From: Octopus sinensis
Lineage: Eukaryota
Assembly (NCBI RefSeq): GCF_006345805.1
Contig: NC_042998.1
Span: 204,414,001 to 204,478,000 of the forward strand
Length of the DNA stretch: 64,000 nucleotides
Reading direction: 5' to 3'
Shown here: one piece after another, positions 1 to 55,731 of the stretch
Layout of the letters: the number at the start of each line of letters is the position of its first letter
Numbering within the stretch: the stretch's first letter is position 1
Notes under the pieces: model-generated
What the model was told of the DNA's origin: nothing
Databases searched by the model: none
Seen by the model: only the letters and a program-made list of their open reading frames with translations
Translations under genes and position numbers: made by a program

Positions 1-200
1 TGTCTGTGTTTGTCCCCCTAGCATTGCTTGACAACCGATGCTGGTGTGTTTATGTCGCCGTCACTTAGCGGTTCGGCAAAAGAGACCGATAGAATAAGTA
101 CTGGGCTTACAAAAGAATAAGTCCCGGGGTCGAGTTGTCAATTAAAAGGCGGTGCTCCAGCATGGCCACAGTCAAATGACTGAAACAAGTAAGAGTAAAA
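1..200 (+). mobile_element. SINE 3' module (also at about 17255-17455, 33520-33690(-), 34105-34300(-), 37365-37550(-))
   Basis: gcttgacaacc..tgctggtgtgtttatgt..cgt.acttagcggttcggcaaaaga..gatagaataagtac...gctccagcatggcc.cagtcaaatgactgaaacaag recurs. Confidence 0.8.
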
Positions 201-1816
201 GAGAGAGAGAACAGAACTGGCACAATGAGGGCTGCTTTGAATGGACGTGAAGAGAGGTTGCGTGTTGAAAGAAGCAGAATTTCTTGTTGTAGGGAAATAT
301 TTCAGTTGGTCTGTTTTGCTTTTGTGGTGAGGAGGGAACGTTCATAGTTTTGATAAAGCTTTCTGGTAGGTAAGGCTGGGGTGGCTGATACTCTGAGGAG
401 AGTTTTGTTCTACATAAAAAAATTAGTGTGTCATGTAACAAGCTTTTATAATTAATATACATGGTTGTGTGGTGAAGGAGTTTGCTTGCCAACCTTATGT
501 CTCCAAGTTCAGTCCCACTGCATGGCATCTTGAGCAAGTGTTTTCTACTACAGCCTCAAGCTGACCCAAAGCCTTGTGAGTGGATGTGCCGGTGGCACGT
601 AAAAGGCACTCATTACCCTCCTGGAGTGGTTGGCATTAGGAAGGGCATCCAGCCATAGAAATCATGCCAAATCAGACTTGAACCTGGTGCAGCTTTCCAG
701 CATGCCAGTCCAGTCAAACTGTCCAACCCATGCCAGCATGGACAACAGATGCTTGATGATGGTGGTGGTGGTGCTAATGACGATGATGGTGGGGGCGGTG
801 ATGATGATGACGATGATGGTGGTGGTGGTGCTACTGACGATGATGGGGGGCGGGGGGTGATGGTGATATATATCTGCACAGGTATCTGTACTTGTGTCTC
901 TTTGACTTGATATTGTGTGATTGTTATAAATGAATATCATTTATTTCCAGCTGGCCTTGTGGGATGTCTTTCCGTGTTTGGTAACATGTGAGGGTTAGCA
1001 ACAGGAAGGGCATCCAGCTGTAGAAAATCTGCCTCAATAAATCTTGTTCAACCCACGCCAGTATAGAAAAGTGGATGAAGAGGAGGAGGAGGTAGAAGAA
1101 GAGTTCTAGGTTACACTCTCTCCATTGGCAAATATTTTCAAGTTCTCTGTTAAAGAACAAGTTTGTCATGAAGGGGTTTTTAAGTTGATGACATCAGAGG
1201 GTGTGTTTGTGTGTGTGTTTTTGTCTGTATGTGTGTGTGTGTGTGTGTGCAGTGTTGTGTTGCAATGAAAGGTGATGTCATCTGTTGTTAGAACTGGTCT
1301 TCGAGAAGGAAGTTACTTGTAAAGCCTTTTTCACCCACATTCTATCAACTCGTGTCTACTGCAGTTCCGTTAGCCACCCGCCCACCCACACCCGAAATTC
1401 CTCCTTCTGTACATCGTGTTCTTACAGTCACTTCTACCCCCAAACATACATCCAACACTGATCGTCCATCCTTTGCCCTTTCGTAATCTTTCTCCACATC
1501 AAACCATGTGTAACAGACAGACTCTACTTCTGTGGACATTGATGTCAAACGATTCAGTGTTTCACTGTCAAACGATGAAAAAGATTGTTTTAAATATTTT
1601 GTGGGTTGTAGAAGTACAAGCAATATATGGACGCCAGAAGGACCCTGGTTGATAAGCACTGGTTCTGACCTGGGGTCAGGTTACCTTGCGTATCCTTCCT
1701 TTTTTTTTTTTTTCAAGACTGACTTTTGTGGTTCGAGAGACAAGACTGCTTTTTATTTTGGGAAGTTTAATCGAATCTTGCAGCGGTTCCCTTCATTGTT
1801 ACGGGGTTGAGTGAAA

Positions 1817-1998
1817 TGTGTGTGTGTGTGTGTGCATGCGTGTGTGTGTGGCTGTGCACGTGTGTGTGTGTGCATGCGTGTGTGTGTGTGTGCGTGTGGC
1901 TGTGCACGTGTGTGTGTGTGCATGCGTGTGTGTGTGTGTGCGTGTGTGTGTGTGGCTGTGCACGTGTGTGTGCATGTGTAGGTGCATGCGTGTGTGTA
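1817..1998. repeat. (TG)n-based higher-order minisatellite
   Basis: Unit gcatgcgtgtg...gtggctgtgcacgtgtg is repeated three times. Confidence 0.9.
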
Positions 1999-2345
1999 AT
2001 GTGACCAAGCTTGCAAAGCAACCACACACACACAGAACTCTGGTGATGATGATGATGATGGTGATGTCAGCATCGGTGTCCCTTGTTTCTCCCCAGCCCT
2101 CCCCAGCCCCTCCCCCCCTCCTCACAGGTCATCATCTTCTTCTTCTCCTTTACTGTTTCAGCTATAATAGTCTCTGGAAAGTTCTGTCAACAGCCTCGGC
2201 CATTGACAAAGGACACAACACCAATGTCCTGTTAACAATGGTCACCATTGACAGCCTCCCCCCCCCCTACATTACAGAAACAATTTGTTTCCTTTGTATT
2301 TCTCTCCAGATTCACAAAACAACCACAGTAGTGGTGGTGGTGGTG

Positions 2346-2376
<31 letters not shown>

Positions 2377-2552
2377 GGGAGAGACAACCAAACCAAAGTC
2401 ATTCAATCATTTTATTCCAGAACTCTTGTTCTTTTTATTGCTCTCCAATGACCCTCGTTAAATAGATTAATTAATAGTTTCCCTCAACATATATTTTCAC
2501 TGCAATTACCCCTTCTTTGCATTACTCTGTCCAATTTAATGCTTATTGCTTC

Positions 2553-2970
2553 ACATCATCATCGTTTAACATCCGCTTTCCATGCTGGCATGGGTTGGAC
2601 GATTTGACTGAGGTCTGGCGAACCAGACGGCCACACCAGGCTCCAGTCTTGATCTGGCAGAGTTTCTATGGCTGGATGCCCTTCCTAACGCCAACCACTC
2701 CGAGAGTGTAGTGGGTGCTTTTACGTGCCACTGGCACGAGGGCCAGTTAGGTGGTACTGGCAATGGCCACACTGAAAAGGTGCTTTTTATGTGCCACCTG
2801 CAGAGGAGCCAGTCCAGCGGCATTGGCAATGACCTCACTTGAATGTTTTGTTCACGTGCCACCAGTACAAGTGCCAGTAAGGCGACGCAGGTAATGATCA
2901 TGCTTGAATGGTGTTTTTAACGTGCCACCAGCACGGAGGCCAGCTTGTTGCTCCGGCAACGATCTCGCAC
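2553..2970 (-). mobile_element. (GAT)n-tailed RTE-related SINE/3'UTR repeat, representative copy. Other copies at about 590-760, 9455-9700, 13195-13350, 13840-14110, 16020-16195, 19042-19200, 30280-30585, 36105-36410, 42880-43395, 43520-43770, 46808-47085, 48868-49215, 50640-50850, 51125-51262, 60716-61050
   Basis: Recurrent catcatcgtttaacgtccgctttccatgctggcatgggttggacgg...ctggatgcccttcctaacgccaaccactcc in both orientations. Confidence 0.9.
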
Positions 2971-3621
2971 ACTCCACATTTTGAATTAATCTGGCATTAT
3001 CCTGTAGCTTTGAAACTTTGATGACGTGATTGTTTATTTAAAACTTGACATTGTAGGGTATGTGTGACAAGCAGAATCTGGCTGGTTTGAACATGAAACA
3101 GGTAGAATATTCTGGCCAGGCTTTGGGGTTGGTTTCAATTATTAAACGCTTAATTACTGTATGTGGTTGTACAACAGTTGCCATTGTATGCAATAACATT
3201 GATTAACTTGGGGACGGTTGGGGGGGGGGATATTTAAACGCAACAGTAATTATGATTTCACTGCCTAGCAGAGGTAAGACATTATTGTTCACTGAAATTC
3301 TTTCCTATCATGTCTGTAGCAGATTTGTGACTATTCGGTGGCACAGAAGTATTTTTGGCATCTATTTTTAGCGATGTAGGTGCTCATGTAGTGCCCTTGT
3401 GTGTATATATATATATATATACATATCTAATATTGTATGTATATATTTTATAAATTTGGCTGTACGGCTGATAATTCGCTTGCCACTCGTGACAGTATTT
3501 TAATAATGCCATCCCTATATATATTTGTGTATGTATATATATATAAGGATAAGATCGTTAATTTAAAATAAAATAACGAACCTATCAAGGGGTCAGCATG
3601 GAAAAAATAACTTCAAAGGTA

Positions 3622-3798
3622 ATAATTATTAAAATTATAAATTAGGGTCTCTACAAGATACCACCATGCTGAAAATAGCAGCCATGAACCGACTGTTGTT
3701 GTATGAAAACTTAAGGTGGTTTTAGAGTAGGTTCATGGCTGCTATTTTCAGCATGGTGGTATCTCGTAGATAGCCTAATTTATAATTTTAATAATTAT
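3622..3798. repeat. Inverted repeat, about 69-bp arms
   Basis: ataattattaaaattataaattagg...ccaccatgctgaaaatagcagccatgaacc versus its reverse complement at 3730-3798. Confidence 0.9.
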
Positions 3799-4321
3799 AT
3801 ATATATATATATAGACTATTTAATGCCGCATGAGTTATTTAACTATTTGTAATGATAGTTTTAATTTTGATATTCCCTACAGGAAATAAAGTACCTGTGA
3901 GAAATGGGTCGGGGGGGGGGGGGTTATACCTTAACAATGACATTTTAAGGTACCTTTAGCAGGTTGTTTAGTTGTTGTTGTTGCCTGTGTTTCCTGCCAG
4001 TTGCTGGTTTCTCTGGATGGATTAAAGAAGAGTCAAGTGCAGATCTCCTTTCACTGTGAAGGGCAAACAACTTAATGTGTTTGCTTTCATATCAGAAATC
4101 AAACAAAACAGAGAATAGCTCTTGTTTTGTTCCCAGGCCTCAAGAACGGCTTCATTGATGCCAAACGTGCCATCGGCTCTTTTTCTCTTCAACGCAGCTA
4201 ATATCTCAAGTCAATTACACTCGTTATTATTAGTCAATATCTCATTAAACTGTTACTCTGCTTAAGGAATTCCACTTTTTGTGTATGAGAGAGAGAGAGA
4301 GAGAGAGCAGATTCTACGGCC

Positions 4322-4339
4322 ATGGGTAGCTGTATACAG
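4322..4339 (+). CDS. PDE3: Candidate alternative first coding exon of PDE3 (MGSCIQ)
   Basis: gccATGG strong Kozak context, in-frame upstream TGA at 4286, consensus donor CAG|GTGAGT at 4339/4340, and phase 0 matching the 7803 acceptor. Confidence 0.5.
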
Positions 4340-5027
4340 GTGAGTGCTTTGATGTTGTTTGTGTGCATTTCTGAAAATTTCCAATTCTGTAACTCTTAAT
4401 ATAGATCCTTTCCTTGAGGGTTAAGTTGATAAGGTCCAGCAGCAGTCACCTGAGGTTAAAAATATTCTAGCCATGACCACCCCATCTTTGTCTACATTAA
4501 GAACTCCATTGTCTGGTGTGACCTTTCTTCTCTGAAAACGGTCAGGTATAGTTTGAAGGATATTTGGCTATTCTTTCTGTCGAAGACTCTTCCGTTGTGT
4601 CTGTGAAATTTTTTTTTTTTAAAGATTTTTTATCTAAAACCATTTTACTTAATTATTGAATTCGTAGAATCAGTAAAGCAGCAAAAAAAAAACATTTTGA
4701 GTTCAAATCTCACCTAGGGGTCAATGCCAAGTACTGAGATCAATTTAATCCACTAAACCCTTCTCTTAACTAAAGTAAAGGCAGTGTTTTTGTTTATTTT
4801 CATAGAAATGATAAGAAAAGTGTTACTTATATCAACGTAGGATATAAAGGAATTAACAGGGAAGAAATAATTGCCTAAGATCTCTCCTGAGGGAATTAAT
4901 GTGTGTGTGTTTATATATATATATATATATACATACACATATATTTATTTAGAGGTAGATAGATATGTATATTATTTATACATACTTATGTACATTATAT
5001 ACATATATACACTTGTATATACATTAC

Positions 5028-5072
<45 letters not shown>

Positions 5073-5117
5073 CATACATATATACATATACATTATATAT
5101 ATGTGTGTGTGTATATA

Positions 5118-5214
5118 TTGGGTTGGTGCATATTTAATGACTTTTGTTTTCTGAATTTTAAATAAAACTTTTGTAAATTAAATTATAAAACAGTTGTTAA
5201 TTATGCACCAACCC

Positions 5215-5216
<2 letters not shown>
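5118..5216. mobile_element. mariner-derived mini element
   Basis: gggttggtgcata..taa / ttatgcaccaaccc TIRs in TA context, resembling Hsmar1/MADE1-type ends. Confidence 0.65.
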
Positions 5217-5266
<50 letters not shown>

Positions 5267-5304
5267 ATATATTTGTGTGTGTGTGTGTGTGGTGTGTATA
5301 TATT

Positions 5305-5337
<33 letters not shown>

Positions 5338-5531
5338 TTGTGTGTGTGTGTGTGTATATTTGTGTGTGTGTGTGTGTGTGTATATATTTGTGTGTGTGTG
5401 TGTGTGTATATATTTGTGTGTGTGTGTGTGTGTGTGTGTGTGGTGTGTATATATTTGTGTGTGTGTGTGTATATATATATTTGTGTGTGTGTGTATATAT
5501 ATTTGTGTGTGTGTGTTTGTGTATATATATT

Positions 5532-5571
<40 letters not shown>

Positions 5572-5640
5572 CGTGTGTATATATACATATTTGTGTATAT
5601 ATATATTTGTGTGTGTGTGTATATATATATATACATGCAT
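5217..5640. repeat. Compound (TA)n/(TG)n microsatellite
   Basis: Higher-order unit tatatt(tg)n. Confidence 0.95.
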
Positions 5641-5757
5641 GCAACTATGTGATGCATATACATTCCACTCTAATCGTTCCTTCATTTTTCAACTGGAAAG
5701 TACCAATATCCTTGATCGGGGTTGTTTCTTCATTTTTATATTTCTCTGACCGCTCCC

Positions 5758-5846
5758 CCTCTCGATGATGGAATACCTAGCTTATGGAATCCTTGCTCAA
5801 TATCCCAATCCACAAGCTTGTCTATTCTAGAAACAGCCACAAGAGG
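5758..5846 (+). ncRNA. Degenerate long-stem-II hammerhead relic
   Basis: cctct cGATGA t ggaata...tattct a GAAA cagcca ca agagg. Core and stem III are mutated. Similar to 63583-63674. Confidence 0.45.
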
Positions 5847-6643
5847 AGACTCCATCAGTTTAAATTTTTTTTTTTCCAAGTGATGGCAGAAGTTTTTCTT
5901 TTTTTCTTTATTCATTTTCTGTGTTAGTCCCCCCCTCCAACCACTCAAGCAGAAACCACTTGTGTCTGCCTTCAATTGGGAGCCTCAACACCACACTTGC
6001 CATTTGCAGTTCAAGTCAGAGTTTTAGTGCTAAATCAAACTGAACACTCAGAGTACACATCTTCTACTTTATGGCAGCTGACAAAACTCATTCTATATAC
6101 CTATATACTCCACACATGTATATAAATATACATATGTTTTGTTTTTTTTTGCTAATACTGATGAGGTGAATGAACAGAAATACAAAATGTTTCAGCCTTT
6201 ATATAATCCTGACTGTCATTTGCCAGAACGATTGTATATTTTATAAAGCATAAAATGCTAAATATGTTTCCTGTAAACTATTAATACTATCACACGCCAG
6301 GCTCACATCCCGCACACACAGGCCTATCCTCTGCTCTGATGTCCTGTGATGGTTTATTTTTTGGGGGGCCCTCTATATAGGAATGGAGCCAAGCATGCAA
6401 CTTTCTACTGAGCCTGAATTTTATTATTACATCGGTTCTTCTGCTACAATTTGAGAACCTAAATTACATAAGCATTCTTCTTCTTCATTTAAGTTTAGAA
6501 GGAAATGTCATTCTACAAAATCTTTGGAATTGTGATTTGTGATTTTAAAGACAGGAACATCAACTGTAAAATAAAAGGGGTTCCTTATTAGTTACCCTCT
6601 TTTCTCCAAGACTGGTCATTTTAAATGTGATCTTTGCCTCGAG

Positions 6644-6874
6644 CAATGGTTCTCAATTTAGATCCATATAACCCCTTAGGGTCCATATAAGATTAATATG
6701 GGACTCACAATATATTAAGAGCCCATGACAAAATGTTGGTGTGTGAAGAGCAAAATAAGAATTTTGAAAGAAGTTTCTAGAAAACTAGTTTTTAAACACT
6801 GAACGGCTATTGGGGTCCACCTGAGTAAAACAGTAATCAAAGGAGTTCAGAGGTAAAGCGGTTGAGAACCACTG
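6644..6874. mobile_element. hAT-like MITE
   Basis: Termini caatggttctcaa / ttgagaaccactg (CAGTGGTTCTCAA-type TIR). A related terminus occurs at about 32699. Confidence 0.6.
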
Positions 6875-7802
6875 ACCCTGAAGAAAGATTATATAATTAC
6901 TTCAAAATTAGAATTAAGTTGTTGAACCGGTCTTACATGGAAATCTTCCCAGAAATATAGAAACGAGTGTTTAAGCATTTCAACAGTGATTAATGTTTTA
7001 ATTAGAAATGCTTTCCTCATAATTCAATAATTTTTTCCTAAAATTTTTTTAGCAGAAAACTAAATTTGACACAGAATTTGTTTGTTTTTTCTTCTTTCAT
7101 TGTCTGCTGATGTCGTCCTGAGTTTCAATTCTCTCAGTTTTCTTTTTCTATGCGTTCATGTGTGACAAATTTTATTTCAGTTTGCTTTGAATTTGACCTC
7201 TATTTTGGGTGACCTTCATAACATTGTGTCAGCATAAATTTTCGGATTTATTGCTGTGACTCAGATCCTCTGCCTTTGTCTTCTGTCTCTAAACACATCA
7301 GCACAACAGAAGCAATTTAGGGTGTAATCATCAATTAAACGATGTAATTTTCTCTGTTGTTACATATCTTCATTTCATGAAGACATAATGTATATAAATC
7401 ACTCTCCTCCTCATCCATTTATTGCAGATCTTCCCACATGTCTCTTCGCTGCCATTCTCCAAGATGCATGGAATAACAACAATATAAATCTGCTCCTAAA
7501 ACTGTTCTTCAACATTTCAGCCTCTTTTATTTATTCTCTGACAAAATCCTTAATATTTTTACCTCAGCTCTGGTTGTTTCTTTATCGTTTGTTTCTCATT
7601 TTTCTCACCTGTCACTCTGAACCAAGATTCAATTCAAATAAACACACCTAACACATACAAGCCTTCATTCACCTGTGCACACACACACTTCTCCTTCTCA
7701 CCAACAATTTGAATGTTTATTATAGGATGAGACAAAAAAAAAAGCGCCATCAGATGTTGCAGTCTAATGCCTTCGTTTTTTTTCTTTTCCTTGTTGTTTC
7801 AG

Positions 7803-51693
<43,891 letters not shown>

Positions 51694-52557
51694 ATTTATG
51701 GATGTTCAAAGAAACAACTGAAAAAAATATAAATATATATATTAAAAAAAAATGGAAATCGACTGTCTTCATTTCTGAAGACAAGAAATAATAATAATAA
51801 TAATAAAAATAATGATAATAATTTTAATTATTATTACAATTATTATTATTGTTACTAATTATTGTTATCATTATTATTATTATTATTATTGTTAAGATGA
51901 AATTAAGACTAGACTATATAGTGTAAAGATTGGGAAAGAGAGAGAGAGAGAAAGGCATGAGAGAGTGTAAAATATTGGGTGTGTAACAGAGAAGAGGATT
52001 GGGCGAGAGAGTGGGATGAGTGGAAACGGATCGTTAGTAAAAGAAATGAGGAAGAGAGAGAGAGAGAGAGAGGAAGGTATAGTGATGATGATGATGATGA
52101 TGATGGTTTGTACAAAACTTTGAAACAAAATAAAGGGGAAAAAAGATTACCAAAAAAAAAAGAAAATAGAAAAATATTTTTAAAAAGTGAATCATTGAAA
52201 AGAGAAGGGAGACCATGATAATAGTGATGATGATGATGATGATTAAAAGACGTTGTACCAATCATAATAACAGTGATGATGATGATGGTGATGGTGATAA
52301 GAGAGCACATTGTCTATGAATTGAACACATTATCAATTGTACCCCAAGTGATCAATGATTAATCTGTACCTCCTTCAGTCATTTTTATGGTGTATCGGTT
52401 TTTAAGTAAAATATCTCTTCTCGTGACTAAACGATCTGTGAGCTGTCTTCAAACGATGATCATAGGTAACATATACACACACACACGTATGTATCATCAT
52501 CATATACATACATACATACAAATGAGTGCTCAACACCACATTGGTGGATAAATATTG

Positions 52558-52775
52558 CTTATCTGTGGGTTCACAAAGCAACCAATAGTTTCAGATGAAG
52601 AGATCTTCACAGTTGTTCAAGTGTGCCACATGGAAGTGTTGATACTCATCTCATTTTGGATGAGAATCCAAACTGGAGACAGGTGCCCACACATTCCCAT
52701 GTGGCGTGCTTGAACAACAGTGAAAAATCTTTTCACCTGAAGCTATTGGTAGCCTTGTTCACCCACAAATAAAGT
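52558..52775. repeat. Imperfect fold-back element (about 85-bp arms) downstream of the stop; relative at about 54898-55108
   Basis: ttatctgtgggttcacaa..ccaatagtttcag..ttcacagttgttcaag..gccacatgg versus ccatgtggc..cttgaacaacagtgaa..ctgaagctattgg..ttgttcacccacaaataa. Confidence 0.75.
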
Positions 52776-53204
52776 ATGTATATAAACACACACACATGCC
52801 CATATATAGATGGTCTTTGTTTATTTTTGTGATCCACAAACCTAAATGTACTCAATACAAGTTTATAAGGTATAAACGTATGTTTATTTATACAGAAGGG
52901 AGACAATAACTATATTACTGTACAAATGGTCAACGTTTTGATCCCCTGTACACATCAGTAGAGTCTGTGTAGGAATGAGTGTTGAGATTGTGCACCCGAG
53001 AACAGCATCCGATGACTGAGAGGTTGAATGGACGAAACTAGGGAATGGTTTGGTCAGTAACATAATTATTGTTTAAAATAATGCTTGAATAAACATACGT
53101 ATACATACATACATACATATATATATATATATGTACATGTAAATATGCATATATGTACATGTATATATGTACATGTACATATACATATACATATACATAT
53201 GTAC

Positions 53205-53235
<31 letters not shown>

Positions 53236-54018
53236 CATATATATGTACATGTAAATATACATATATGTACATATATGTATGTATGTATATATACATACAT
53301 AGTCCAAACAGGTATGGTATGATTGATCTCTCGACTGGTAAAAACCCAACTTCATATCGACTGGAGGCATAGAGTCATGTCTGTGAGAAGATCTGTATAA
53401 CCACCCCACCCCACATTACTTCACTTCAGTATTATTATTATTAATTAGCAGAGAGTTCCCTCCCAGTGAGACTAGCTTCTTGGCCAGAAACAAGATTCAC
53501 TTCTCATTTACAGAATGCCACAAAACTGGAGCTTGGCACCCACCATGGTGTATATACAAGAAGATACAAGTGTTTGTGCGTGTGTGTGTGTAAGTGTGTA
53601 TATTTACACAATCCACCCTTTACATGTTCCTACCCGTTTCAATTCTCCTCCATTTTAAATTGGGGTAAAGCCGTTCCTTTTTTAAATTAACATGACAGGA
53701 GTCAAGTATAATCAGGTTGGTTTGTTCATTTTGTCTTCTTACAATTAATTTCAATTACTAATTCTATTTTTAATTATTTTCCTGGCATCTGAGATCGTTT
53801 CAGACTAAAATTTATATTTTTTTTAAATCATTTTTTTTTTCTTTTAAGCTTTCTTATTCTAGAACTTTTATTTTTTATTTATTAATTTTATTTATTCACT
53901 GTGTAACCTAGCTTCGAAATGTGTGTGTGTGTGTAACTGGTACCCATACATTCAGGTATTTGAATGTGTGTATGTGTGTGTAATGTAAACATTATGTATA
54001 TGTGTATTTATGTTTATG

Positions 54019-54064
<46 letters not shown>

Positions 54065-54620
54065 TACAGCCACAACAACATTGGGGAAAAAAAAAGACTC
54101 CCTGAAACCCCTGTTGTTGGTATTATGTGATTAGTTGTGCCACAAATGGAATCCCCCACACACACTTACCCACACCTCGTTACCACCAGACCCGTTCATT
54201 AATCAGTAAAGACCACAATGAAAGGAGGGAGGGAGGGGAGATTGTTATTTGTAGATACTGATCATACATTTTGATTAATTAGGTAAAAAAAAAATTCTAT
54301 ACTAGATTTCCACACCTGATCAGGTGTCTTTTATATTTTTCTCTTCATTGGTTTTTTTCTTCTTTCTTTCTGTCAGTTAATTCTTCATATTCTGTCTACA
54401 AGATTCTTAGAGACATCTTACCAAAATATTCCTAGTTTTCTCATCTTTTAACCAAGAAATGATTAATAACCTATTTTTAACTGTGTTAATAAATTATTCC
54501 TATTTTTTAAATCTTTTTTTTTATCATTATCATTATTATTTCTGCTTGTATAGAACTTTGAACATATCAACAAGTTATAGGTGTCTGTTGTTTAATTTTT
54601 TAGAAATCATTATTATTAAT

Positions 54621-54626
54621 AATAAA
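54621..54626 (+). promoter_or_regulatory. Candidate PDE3 polyadenylation signal
   Basis: AATAAA followed by a T/GT-rich tract. Other AATAAA hexamers occur earlier (about 51802, 52129, 52768), so the true 3' end is uncertain. Confidence 0.25.
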
Positions 54627-55731
54627 GGAGACCTTTTTTTTTGTGTGCGTAAAGGTTTTTGAAATACTGTTAATCTTAACAGATAATACATACATGTATG
54701 GGTCTTAAAACATCTGATGATCCACTGTGATCCAGCATCCATTCGCTACATCCTCTGCAGAAGATGCAAATAACCACAACAGTGAAACATACGATGGGAA
54801 TAAGTTATATAAATTTGTGTTTATCATAATTTCTCGTGTGTATGTGTATATATATATATTGAACAATGGCAATAAGTGCTCAACACTGGATAAATATCAT
54901 TTATTTGTGGGTTGCAAGACAACTGAGGATTTCATGTAAAGAAGAATTTATTAGCAGTTATGAAGCCTACCATGTGAGGCGGTTGGCACTAGTCTACATT
55001 TTAGACAGAGATGGATACCAACATTCCCAAGTGGCAAGCTTTATAATTCTGAAGAAATTCCTTTCTTATATATGAAACCTTTGGTAGCCTTGTTAAACCA
55101 CAAATAAAAATGTGTGTGTGTGTATCTCTTAGACATTATAACTGCTCATAATTTCAGACAGAAAAGAGAAACAAGCAAACCAGTGAAACCCTAAGGGGCC
55201 AAATTTCTCTCATATTTCAATGTTTTTTTTTTTTGTTTTTTAACTATCCTGGTTGTGTGTCCCTGCATTACTACCTGGTCCGCCTCAGGTGTTGGACATG
55301 ATTCTACTGTGGCTGAATTGGAAGACAGGATTCTATAAAATGACCAGCATTGGAGAGAATGTCCATGTTGCGCTTTCAATTCTGAAGACTTGTAACAATG
55401 ATAGAATCTCTGGGAAAAGTATTTGACAGGTGAGACAAATGGCTGTGTCGTTATTATTATTATTATTAATAATAATAATAATAATTGCTTTTGATTTAGA
55501 CAGAAGACCAGGAGTTTAAATGAGGGCAAAGATCAGTGAAAACCATCAACCCAAGTATTTGACTGGTATTTTATTGGCCCCAAAAAGTATGGAAGGCAAA
55601 ACTGACCTTTGCACAATTTGAACCCAGAACAAAGATTTGCAAGAAATGCTGCCAAGCATTTTGTCCAACATGCAAATGATTTTGCCAAGATCACCAGCTT
55701 AACGATGATGATGATGATAATAATAATAATA

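Noticed and set aside
2710-2960. CRISPR-like repeat-spacer pattern
   Set aside because: Degenerate tandem subrepeats within a eukaryotic retroposon. The spacers are related to each other and there are no cas genes.
5194-5768. CVCVYI / HTHT-rich ORFs (also 1753-2465, 44386-44784, 53038-53409)
   Set aside because: Dinucleotide repeats with no coding signal.
6157-6200. CTGATGA...GAAA as a hammerhead
   Set aside because: Stems I and II do not pair convincingly and there is no proper cleavage triplet.
53005-53060. CCGATGA...ggacGAAAc as a hammerhead
   Set aside because: The 5' strand of stem II is not complementary to ggac.
54712-54800. CTGATGA..actgt/acagt GAAAc long-loop hammerhead
   Set aside because: Stem III and the cleavage site are incomplete. 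At most a relic. Similar partial relics at about 12750-12785 and 59020-59070 lack the CUGANGA half.
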